Below, piece by piece: positions 8,122 to 16,220 of a stretch of 32,000 nucleotides of DNA. The translations under genes were made by a program, and so were the position numbers. The DNA is from Opitutales bacterium (GTDB taxonomy: Bacteria > Verrucomicrobiota > Verrucomicrobiia > Opitutales > PNEW01): NCBI GenBank assembly GCA_965219535.1, contig CBDCNV010000001.1, forward strand, positions 510,001 to 542,000, written 5' to 3'. The stretch's first letter is position 1. Each line of letters opens with the position of its first letter. Under the pieces are notes generated by a model that was given only the letters and a program-made list of their open reading frames with translations, made no database searches and was not told the DNA's origin.

Positions 8122-9747
8122 TTAACGTAAATCATGCACAGGTTGGTGTTCTTCCTTTCGAACAAGCGCGGTGGCGATAAAGTCGGCAAATAAGGGATGC
8201 GCTTTACGTGGTTTAGATTGAAATTCAGGGTGAAACTGAACACCGATGAACCACGGGTGATCGGTGATCTCTACAATCTCGACAAGATTCCGTTTCGGGT
8301 TGATCCCAGATACTTTCATTCCACTTTTTTCAAATTGATCTCGGTACTTATCGTTAAATTCAAAACGATGGCGGTGCCGTTCTTGGATTAATTCCTCATT
8401 ATAGGCATTTTGTGCGCGAGTGCCGGATACAAGCTTACACTTATAAGAACCCAGCCGCATTGTCGCCCCCTTGTCTGCAAGTTGCTTTTGGTCTTCCATT
8501 ATATCGATGACCGGATGGGGTGTTTTTTCATCAAATTCCGAACTATTCGCTTCTTCTATATCGAGGACATTTCGCGCGTACTCGATAACGGCGATCTGCA
8601 TTCCAAGGCAAAGGCCAAAGTAGGGGGTTTCATTTTCACGCGCAATGCGAGCGGCAATAATCATCCCTTCTATCCCGCGCTTGCCAAATCCGCCCGGGAC
8701 GAGGATGCCGTCGAGCTCTTGAAGACTCAGATAATTATCACCTTCCTCAAGCGTTTCGGAATCAATGCGGTGAATAATTACCTTACAATCATTGTGAATG
8801 CCGCCGTGACATAGAGATTCATAGACCGATTTGTAGGCGTCCTGTAGCTCGATATATTTACCCACTACACCAATATTAACGGTATATGCTGGAAATTTTA
8901 AGCGACGGACTACGTCCTTCCAACCATCTTCGATTTTATCCGGAACATCGAGGTGAAGCAGATCAATAACAATATCATCGAGTTTTTCCTCCTCAAGCAT
9001 CATCGGGACTTCATAGATTGAGCACTCCACATCACGTTCTTCGATAATGGCTTTATAGGGAACATTGCAAAAGCGGCTGAGTTTACGGCGTAAATCGTCG
9101 GGTAATTCTTGACTCGTTCGGCAAACAAGAATGTCTGGCTGGATGCCAATCTCGCGCAACTTGGCTACACTCTGTTGAGACGGTTTTGTTTTTAGTTCTC
9201 CGGCAGCCTGGAGATAAGGAACAAGTGTAACATGGATATAAAGCACCTTATCTTTACCTACCTCAAGTGAGAATTGGCGCATCGCTTCAAGGAAAGGTAA
9301 GCCCTCTATATCACCAACGGTGCCCCCGATCTCCGTAATTAAGATGTCGACATCACCGCTCACCAATAAAAGGCGTTCAATAATCTCGTTCGTTACGTGA
9401 GGAATAACTTGAACGGTCTGGCCGAGATATTCACCCCTTCTTTCTTTAGCGATTAGTGTTTCATAAACCTGACCGGAGGTAAGATTATTGAGTCGAGTCA
9501 GCTTTCCCGAAGTAAATCGTTCGTAGTGTCCGAGGTCGAGGTCGGTCTCCGCTCCATCATCCAGCACGTAAACTTCCCCGTGTTGGTACGGGTTCATTGT
9601 CCCGGGGTCGACATTGAGATAGGGATCAAATTTCTGTAGACGAACGTTTTGACCACGTTGTTCGAGGATGGCACCCAGAGCGGCAGTTGTCAGCCCCTTC
9701 CCAAGGGAAGAAACAACACCTCCGGTAATAAATATATAATAACTCAT
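8122..9747 (-). CDS. pyrG: CTP synthase
   Basis: 541 aa. N-terminus YIFITGGVVSSLGKG, and a glutamine amidotransferase domain with GLCLGMQ (catalytic Cys) and HRHRFEFN / FHPEF. Confidence 0.97.
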   Translation of the reverse strand: MSYYIFITGGVVSSLGKGLTTAALGAILEQRGQNVRLQKFDPYLNVDPGTMNPYQHGEVYVLDDGAETDLDLGHYERFTSGKLTRLNNLTSGQVYETLIAKERRGEYLGQTVQVIPHVTNEIIERLLLVSGDVDILITEIGGTVGDIEGLPFLEAMRQFSLEVGKDKVLYIHVTLVPYLQAAGELKTKPSQQSVAKLREIGIQPDILVCRTSQELPDDLRRKLSRFCNVPYKAIIEERDVECSIYEVPMMLEEEKLDDIVIDLLHLDVPDKIEDGWKDVVRRLKFPAYTVNIGVVGKYIELQDAYKSVYESLCHGGIHNDCKVIIHRIDSETLEEGDNYLSLQELDGILVPGGFGKRGIEGMIIAARIARENETPYFGLCLGMQIAVIEYARNVLDIEEANSSEFDEKTPHPVIDIMEDQKQLADKGATMRLGSYKCKLVSGTRAQNAYNEELIQERHRHRFEFNDKYRDQFEKSGMKVSGINPKRNLVEIVEITDHPWFIGVQFHPEFQSKPRKAHPLFADFIATALVRKEEHQPVHDLR

Positions 9748-9958
9748 ATAATACTTCTGAGCTTACACTTTAAATCTTATTTACTTGGATTGTCGCGGTT
9801 TCTCGGGTCGAGTTGCGCCAACCCGTCATTGCCTTATAGGCAGGAACACATCCCTCAGGCAAAATCAATCTGATATTGATATAAGAAATTGGGGTAATTG
9901 TAATTTTAATAGCCTTTCAGTAAATAAATAAAAGAAACTCAGCAGCGGATAGGCTAAA

Positions 9959-10747
9959 TTAATACCCTCCCCAATAGTCGACCAGGGTGACGACTCCGTT
10001 TTTGAATTGTATTTTAAGTGAATTCTGAACTCTACTATAGGGATTTAAAACCTTGTCCGTGTATCGCCATTTATTCCCCGTGTAAGTGCTGTTGGGCTCA
10101 CCTAAAAAATCACGGACTTGTTCTGGAGTCTTGCCAATGAGATGGGGTCTAAGTTGATCTGGAGAAAGCTCGCCTTTCTCAATCTGAGATTTCAGACTCT
10201 CCTCACGCTTTGCGGCTTCCTCTCGTTCTCGCTCCGCTGCTTCCTGTCGTGATGCGTTAAGCGCGCGAGCATATTCGTTTCGAGCGTCTTCAATAAAATC
10301 GCTTTTGGGATAGGCGCTAATGAATGATTTAAAACCTTCACTGGCTTCATCCCACTTTTTCTCATTCATAAGCTTACTCAGGCGGGAAAACTCGGTCTGA
10401 TCCTGAGATTTTAGCGCGAGGTAAGCGCTCTTATATTTCTTCACTTCCTTATTCTTGGCCGAGAGTTTAGACAAATATTGGGCATACATGCCCTTCTCAC
10501 GCTTTTGCATCTTGGCGAGCGATGACTCCAATTCTTGAATCTTGCTCAATTGGGCGGTCTCAGCTGACTGAGCTTCTGTTTTCTGCTCCTCTAACTGTTT
10601 TTGCAAACTTTCGTTTGCAGATCGCTCATTTGCTAATTCACTCTGCAGCTCTTCGAGTTGCGCCTTTCCGCAACCGGCGATTACCACGAGCAGTGGTATC
10701 GACCATAAAATGAAACTCGCTTTTTTTGTTCCAATATTTAAAGACAT
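9959..10747 (-). CDS. Coiled-coil lipoprotein with C-terminal BamE/SmpA_OmlA-like domain (function unknown)
   Basis: Lipobox VVIAGC after a signal peptide. A long Glu/Lys/Gln-rich coiled-coil segment follows. The C-terminus LIGKTPEQVRDFLGEPNSTYTGNKWRYTD...LKIQFKNGVVTLVDYW resembles the small BamE-type fold. Confidence 0.55.
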   Translation of the reverse strand: MSLNIGTKKASFILWSIPLLVVIAGCGKAQLEELQSELANERSANESLQKQLEEQKTEAQSAETAQLSKIQELESSLAKMQKREKGMYAQYLSKLSAKNKEVKKYKSAYLALKSQDQTEFSRLSKLMNEKKWDEASEGFKSFISAYPKSDFIEDARNEYARALNASRQEAAEREREEAAKREESLKSQIEKGELSPDQLRPHLIGKTPEQVRDFLGEPNSTYTGNKWRYTDKVLNPYSRVQNSLKIQFKNGVVTLVDYWGGY

Positions 10748-10814
10748 TTTACCCTTAAAAATTAGCCTGTTATCTTTAAATTAAATGCTTAAGGTTGGCA
10801 AATAAAATAAATCA

Positions 10815-10868
10815 GAAACCACTTTTCAGTTCTTTAAATTGGTTTCCAATCTTGAGATCAGGAAACCA
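10815..10868. promoter_or_regulatory. Three copies of GAAACCA/TGGTTTC in the divergent promoter region upstream of the TrmH-family gene
   Basis: gaaacca (10815-10821), tggtttcc (10840-10847, inverted) and ggaaacca (10861-10868). The middle copy can pair with either flanking copy (7 or 8 bp). Confidence 0.25.
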
Positions 10869-10905
10869 GCGTTTATTATGGGTTTTAATATAAATACTGT
10901 GCGTC

Positions 10906-11631
10906 ATGTCCAATAAATATAAACGCTATCGCAAGGATTTCGAAATTTCTTATTCACTGGGAGTTTTTCCTACCCTTGAATTATTAAAGCTCTGCCCTGA
11001 ACAGGTAGAATGTGTTCTTATCAGATCTGATTCACATGAAAACGAAGGCATTTCGAAGATTATTGAACGTTGTGAAAATCTTCTTCTACCCGTAAAAACA
11101 GATGATCGCATTATCGGTAGTCTTTCACCGAGGGAAGATTGTTATGCAATCGGTGTTTTTCGTAAAATAGATACAGCTTTAAATAAAAATGCTCATCATA
11201 TCGTTCTCGTTAACCCGAGTGATAGAGGCAACCTTGGTGCTGTCTTACGCAGCATGGCTGGATTCAACATGACTAACCTTGCCCTAATTCGCCCCGCAGT
11301 AGATATATGGAATCCACGAGTCATTCGTGCCTCCATGGGCTCTGTATTTCATGTTAACTTTCAATATTTCGATCAATTTGAGGATTATTGTCGAGCTTAC
11401 GATCGACCTGTTTTCGCCTTTTCACCCAATGCCAGGAAGGAATTAAGACATTTAGATATTACACAACCCAGCTCTTTAGTTTTCGGAAATGAAGGTGCCG
11501 GTTTACCGACCGAAGTTCTTAACCAGGGGACGACTGTCCGGATTGTTCATCAGGCAGCAATTGATTCCTTGAACCTGGCGGTGTCCGTCGGCATCGTCCT
11601 TTACGAGATTTCTCATAAAGAGAACCAGTAA
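10906..11631 (+). CDS. TrmH/SpoU-family RNA 2'-O-methyltransferase
   Basis: SpoU motifs: LVNPSDRGNLGAVLRS, LVFGNEGAGLP and IDSLNLAVSVGIVLYE. Length 241 aa. Confidence 0.85.
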   Translation: MSNKYKRYRKDFEISYSLGVFPTLELLKLCPEQVECVLIRSDSHENEGISKIIERCENLLLPVKTDDRIIGSLSPREDCYAIGVFRKIDTALNKNAHHIVLVNPSDRGNLGAVLRSMAGFNMTNLALIRPAVDIWNPRVIRASMGSVFHVNFQYFDQFEDYCRAYDRPVFAFSPNARKELRHLDITQPSSLVFGNEGAGLPTEVLNQGTTVRIVHQAAIDSLNLAVSVGIVLYEISHKENQ

Positions 11632-11974
11632 TTTGGGTGATTTTCCACTTGGATAAGTTTTCCTCCCAATTATAATTACCTTTAAGATTTCCCATTGTCA
11701 TTGCGAGAAGCGGAGCGACGAAGCTACCGAGCGCAGCGACATCTTCCATTCCACGGGAAGTCTAACGGATCTACTTACGTCTATTGGCTACCGCGGTTGA
11801 TTCCGATTCCATCGCATTTCATTAAAATTTGGAATAACAAACACGACGACACGAGTGTATCTGGGCTTGGCGCAATGATCTTTCCGCATTGGGATTGACG
11901 ACAAGGTGCTTCTGTTTACAAGTTTAGCGGTTTCTTTAGAAGACAGATGGCGATGATATTATTTAAAGCAACCC

Positions 11975-12913
11975 ATGATTGACAGGATATCCATAACGAA
12001 TGAACCCCCTAAACCGACCCTCGTTGTCGGTTCGGTCGGACTCGATGATATTATTACACCCTACATGAAGGGTGAGCGAATTCTTGGTGGCTCAGCCTCC
12101 TACGCCAGTCTGGCCGCCAGTTATTATGCGCCGGTACAAATGGTCGGTGTAGTGGGTAACGATTTTAATGATGCACTGGTACAAAGACTTGAGCGGCGTG
12201 GAATCGATTTAGAAGGTTTAAAACGCGATCAATCGGGACCAACTTTTTATTGGAAAGGGGAGTATCAGGAAAATTTTAATCACCGTGAGACTCTGGATAT
12301 GCGACTCAATGTATTTGAGAAATTTCGCCCTGATTTACCCGAGAGTTATAAGCATACAAAATACGTTATGCTAGGAAACATCGAGCCCGATTTACAGATT
12401 CATGTTCTCAATCAGCTCAACAGCAATGCGTTCATCATTGCCGACACCATTGAATTATGGATTGAGACAAAAAGGGAGGATTTTATTTCGCTCGCCAAGC
12501 GTGTTGATTGTCTGGTCATCGATGATAGCGAAGCGAAACTTCTCACGGAGGAGATAAATGCCATTGAGGCCGGACGCAAGCTGCTCGATTTGGGAACAAA
12601 AATGGCCATTATGACGCGCGGCGAACATGGGGCCTATCTCTTTCATCCTGACGGTATTTTTGCCATGCCCGCCTATCCCGTAACTGAATTACAAGATCCC
12701 ACCGGGGCGGGGGATTCTTTTGCCGGGGCTTTGCTGGGTTATCTCGCGGCAGCGGATCGGACGGATTTTGACACCTTGAAACAAGCTATGCTTTATGCTA
12801 CTGTAACTGCTAGTCTCACCGTTGAATCATTTAGCTGTGACAGTCTTGAATCTGCAGGTAGCGCAAAAATCAAAGAGAGGTACCATGAACTCGTCCGCAT
12901 GATAAGTCTTTAA
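11975..12913 (+). CDS. PfkB (ribokinase) family sugar/nucleoside kinase
   Basis: GSVGLDDI..GGSASY N-terminal motif and the C-terminal PfkB signature DPTGAGDSFAGALLGYL. Length 312 aa. Confidence 0.85.
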   Translation: MIDRISITNEPPKPTLVVGSVGLDDIITPYMKGERILGGSASYASLAASYYAPVQMVGVVGNDFNDALVQRLERRGIDLEGLKRDQSGPTFYWKGEYQENFNHRETLDMRLNVFEKFRPDLPESYKHTKYVMLGNIEPDLQIHVLNQLNSNAFIIADTIELWIETKREDFISLAKRVDCLVIDDSEAKLLTEEINAIEAGRKLLDLGTKMAIMTRGEHGAYLFHPDGIFAMPAYPVTELQDPTGAGDSFAGALLGYLAAADRTDFDTLKQAMLYATVTASLTVESFSCDSLESAGSAKIKERYHELVRMISL

Positions 12914-12933
12914 AGAGGCGAATTATCTTAATA

Positions 12934-14229
12934 ATGAATTTAAATAAGACAGTAGAAATCAAAGAGATAGATAGCATAGTTGTGCAGATGGCTGCCCATT
13001 CTAAGGAAGCGGCACTTGAGCTCGCGACTCTTTCAACGGAGAAGAAAAATCAGGCCCTTGCAACGCTCGCTCAATTGATCGAGGAAAATGTCGATGAGCT
13101 TATCGAGGTGAATAAAAAAGACCTTGAAGAGGGGGAGACGGCAGGTCTCAGCCAGGCTTTACTTGACCGGTTGAAATTTACACCTGAGCGAATTACACAA
13201 ATGGCCGATGGCGTAAAAGAAGTGATCGCACTACCCGATCCCGTCGGGGAGGAGATGGAAAAAACGCTGCGGCCCAATGGCCTTGAAATTCGTAAAGTGC
13301 GTGTGCCAATCGGCGTTGTCGGCATTATTTATGAGTCCCGTCCCAATGTCACTGTTGATTGCGCTATTTTATGTTTTAAAAGTGGCAATGCGTCTATCCT
13401 GCGTGGGGGTAAAGAAGCTTTTCACACAAACACCGCATTGGCGGAGTTAATACGCAGGTCACTGACCGAGAACTCGATTAATGAAAACGCCGTTCAGCTT
13501 ATACCAACTACCGATCGCCGCGCGTTAAACATATTATTGAAATGTGATGATGCAATTAATTGTATTATTCCCCGCGGTGGTGAAAGCCTTATACGCTTTG
13601 TTGTAGAAAATGCGACCATACCCGTGATTAAACATTATGAAGGGGTTTGTAATGTCTATGTTGACCGTGCGGCTGATCAGGAGCTTGCGAATAAAATCGT
13701 TATAAATTCCAAGTGTCAGCGGCCCGGTGTATGTAATGCGGCGGAAAACCTCTTCATTCATAAAGACATCGCAGGTAAAATTCTTCCCGATCTGGGAAAA
13801 GAGTTGATCGAACAAGGCGTTGAGCTACGTGCCGATGGAGATGCGGAAAAAATTCTAAATGAGGCAAATGAAATTCCTGTCACACATGCTGAAGAGGATG
13901 ATTTTTATAAAGAATATCTCGATTTAATTCTATCAGTGAGAGTGGTCGATTCCCTCGATGAAGCGATTGGAGCTGTCAACAAGTATGGTTCCTGCCACAG
14001 TGACGCGATCGTTACCGAGGATGAATCTGCAGCCCATGCCTACATGACTGGAGTAGACACCGCAACAGCCTACTGGAATGCGAGCACACGTTTTACTGAC
14101 GGTTATGAATTTGGACTGGGAGCGGAAATTGGAATCTCTACAGATAAGTTGCACGCCCGTGGGCCTATGGGTCTCCGCGAATTGACCAGCTATAAGTACC
14201 TTATCTTTGGATCAGGTCAGGTAAAGTGA
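12934..14229 (+). CDS. proA: Glutamate-5-semialdehyde dehydrogenase (gamma-glutamyl phosphate reductase)
   Basis: VRVPIGVVGIIYESRPNVTVD, ILRGGKEA, catalytic Cys context RPGVCNAAENL, and C-terminus ASTRFTDGYEFGLGAEIGISTDKLHARGPMGL. Confidence 0.95.
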   Translation: MNLNKTVEIKEIDSIVVQMAAHSKEAALELATLSTEKKNQALATLAQLIEENVDELIEVNKKDLEEGETAGLSQALLDRLKFTPERITQMADGVKEVIALPDPVGEEMEKTLRPNGLEIRKVRVPIGVVGIIYESRPNVTVDCAILCFKSGNASILRGGKEAFHTNTALAELIRRSLTENSINENAVQLIPTTDRRALNILLKCDDAINCIIPRGGESLIRFVVENATIPVIKHYEGVCNVYVDRAADQELANKIVINSKCQRPGVCNAAENLFIHKDIAGKILPDLGKELIEQGVELRADGDAEKILNEANEIPVTHAEEDDFYKEYLDLILSVRVVDSLDEAIGAVNKYGSCHSDAIVTEDESAAHAYMTGVDTATAYWNASTRFTDGYEFGLGAEIGISTDKLHARGPMGLRELTSYKYLIFGSGQVK

Positions 14230-14317
14230 ATGTGTAGTGCTCTTAAATTCGCACATTGAAACTTGAATACTTATAGAGTTGTGGATTATATTATAAATCA
14301 GATCATCATATATTGAT

Positions 14318-14701
14318 ATGTATTACACTAAAGCGATAACGCTTTTTCTTACTTTTTCTATTATCTTTCCACTTTGTTGTTGCTGGGGAAAGGGACAACT
14401 TGGATTAGAGAAGGCACCTGAAAAGCAGCATGACTGCTGCACGATTCCTCCTTCTGATGCCGACCAAAATCATCAGACTAAAGATGGTGATTGTGAGCAT
14501 AAGAAAATAAATAAACTGTTCGATAATTATTTGGTAAATGATAAAAGTCAGGCAAACCTGCATCCACCCGTTTTTGAGTCCACATACACACTGACAGACT
14601 ATCATCGGTTGACGTCCCCTTTTGATTACGTAGCGAAGCAAATAAATTGTGTGTCTAATGCACCACCCCTATTACAGGTGCATTGTGTCTACTTGCTTTG
14701 A
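14318..14701 (+). CDS. Small membrane-anchored Cys/His-rich protein of unknown function, upstream of cusCBA
   Basis: 127 aa. One N-terminal TM segment ends in CCC (FSIIFPLCCCW). It is followed by HDCC, DQNHQ and GDCEH clusters, with a C-terminal ..LLQVHCVYLL. No family recognised. A possible sigma70-like promoter ttgaat (14263-14268)-N17-ttatat (14286-14291) lies upstream. Confidence 0.5.
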   Translation: MYYTKAITLFLTFSIIFPLCCCWGKGQLGLEKAPEKQHDCCTIPPSDADQNHQTKDGDCEHKKINKLFDNYLVNDKSQANLHPPVFESTYTLTDYHRLTSPFDYVAKQINCVSNAPPLLQVHCVYLL

Positions 14702-14727
14702 TCCGCCTGGGCGATTGATCTCTTAAC

Positions 14728-14773
14728 GCCCTCTTATTGGCTGCATTATGCATCCAATTTTAGTTGAGGGCGC
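14728..14773. promoter_or_regulatory. Inverted repeat with embedded palindrome upstream of cusC (possible operator)
   Basis: cgccctc (14728-14734) and gagggcg (14767-14773) flank the palindrome tgcat-t-atgca (14743-14753). The whole lies 65-110 nt upstream of the cusC ATG. Confidence 0.3.
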
Positions 14774-14837
14774 ATAACTGTCTCAGTGACTAACTCAGCA
14801 GGTGTACACTACCTGTTTTCAACATAGGGAAATAAAC

Positions 14838-16220
14838 ATGCCTATTATTAAATTTTTAAAATCTTTATCTTATACACATATATACGAAAATCATACACTG
14901 ACTGCTTCTCTTAAAGCAGCCGGTTTACTCCTTGCATTGAGTTTTCCCGGTTCGTTACAGATCGAAGCGTCAATTTATTCAGGTGATGATGACCGCACGA
15001 TTGAATTTCCCACCAACCAACCGGAATTGCCCGGCGATCCATTATTGGAAGATTACATAGCCCTGGGATTAATTAATAATCCGGATCTCAAAGCAGCTTA
15101 CGAGCGTTACCGGGCGGCGGTTGAAAGAGTTAAACTGGCTAAAGCACTTCCCGATCCGCGGCTGAATATTTCTCAAGCTGTCGAAGAGGTGCAGACGCGC
15201 ACAGGACCGCAAGAAAACCAACTGGCCCTATCCCAGACTATACCCTGGTTGGGAAAACTGCATCACAAAAAAGAAGCAGCCCAGGGAGAAGCGGAAGCAT
15301 TATGGTCTCTTTTCGAAGCCAAGAAACTGGCGGTTGAAAGAGACATCAAAGTAGAATATTTTGAATACGCCTATCTGGGTAAAGCTACACTACTTACGGC
15401 CGAAAACCTTAAACTTCTAAAAAGAGTAGAACCTGTTGTTCAAGAAAAGGTTAAGGCTGGGGGTGGTCTTAATCAGTTATTACGACTTCAAGTTGAAATC
15501 GGCCGCCTCGAAGACAAACTCAATAGTTTACAGCAGCAGCGACCCATAATAAGCGTGCGGTTAAACGCACTGATAAACCGTGATCACAAGTTAATACTAC
15601 CTTGGCCAGAATTGAGTAAGGCTGATTTTCACCCGCTTATAGAGACAAGCTATACTGAAAATATAAAAGAAAAAAATCCTGAACTTCAAAGCATCAAAGA
15701 ACGTATCCATGCTCAGGAAAGCCGTATGCGTGTCGCCGATCTTCAGCGATTTCCAGATATGACCGTTGGATTTAATTATATTAACACCGATACGGCCTTG
15801 AGTCCTGCGACATTGGGAAGCGGTGATGATCCCTGGGCAGTTACCTTTTCTTTTAATATTCCCTTATGGTGGGCAAAAAATCGTGCCGCTCAAAATGAGG
15901 CTTTGAATGAGAAGCGATTTCTAGAGTCAGCGATAATACAAAAACAGAATCAAGTAGTGGCAGATTTTACGGCATTCTTTCAACATTCGATTGAATCGAA
16001 GAATCGGGCTGAGATCTTTTCTGAATCCTTATTACCTACAGCTCGACAAGCGATTGCCGTTACCGAGACCGCATATCAATCGGGACAAGCCTCCATCCTT
16101 GATTATATCGACAGCCAGCGGACACTCTTGGAATTGGAAACTACCTACTGGCGAGCGGTCTCTGACTATCATCAAAACCTGGCGCGCATGGAAGCTATTT
16201 ATGGAGGAAAAATTCAATGA
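14838..16220 (+). CDS. cusC: TolC-family outer-membrane efflux protein (CusC/CzcC-like)
   Basis: Two-repeat OMF architecture. N-terminal repeat: LLEDYIALGLINNPDLKAAYERYRAA. C-terminal repeat: NPELQSIKERIHAQE..; SILDYIDSQRTLLELETTYWRAVSDYHQNLARME. I prefer the ATG at 14838 (MPIIKFLK.., signal-like) over the ORF-track GTG at 14802. The stop overlaps the cusB start (ATGA). Confidence 0.8.
   Translation: MPIIKFLKSLSYTHIYENHTLTASLKAAGLLLALSFPGSLQIEASIYSGDDDRTIEFPTNQPELPGDPLLEDYIALGLINNPDLKAAYERYRAAVERVKLAKALPDPRLNISQAVEEVQTRTGPQENQLALSQTIPWLGKLHHKKEAAQGEAEALWSLFEAKKLAVERDIKVEYFEYAYLGKATLLTAENLKLLKRVEPVVQEKVKAGGGLNQLLRLQVEIGRLEDKLNSLQQQRPIISVRLNALINRDHKLILPWPELSKADFHPLIETSYTENIKEKNPELQSIKERIHAQESRMRVADLQRFPDMTVGFNYINTDTALSPATLGSGDDPWAVTFSFNIPLWWAKNRAAQNEALNEKRFLESAIIQKQNQVVADFTAFFQHSIESKNRAEIFSESLLPTARQAIAVTETAYQSGQASILDYIDSQRTLLELETTYWRAVSDYHQNLARMEAIYGGKIQ

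Noticed and set aside
11695-11898. 67-aa ORF (MSLREAERRSYRAQRH..) and the antisense 76-aa ORF 11519..11749, considered as small genes.
   Set aside because: The composition is typical of translated repeat or noncoding DNA. There is no RBS or domain, and the second ORF overlaps the 3' end of the TrmH-family gene.
11975-14229. PfkB kinase directly upstream of proA (20-nt gap) in place of the usual proB, considered as a possible non-orthologous glutamate kinase.
   Set aside because: The kinase has the standard sugar/nucleoside-kinase signature (DPTGAGDSF), and proB may simply be elsewhere in the genome. Adjacency alone is not evidence.
14802-14837. GTG start for cusC proposed by the ORF track.
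   Set aside because: The ATG at 14838 gives a more natural N-terminus (MPIIKFLK.. followed by a hydrophobic signal-like stretch). The 12 extra residues (MYTTCFQHREIN) add nothing. The start remains uncertain.
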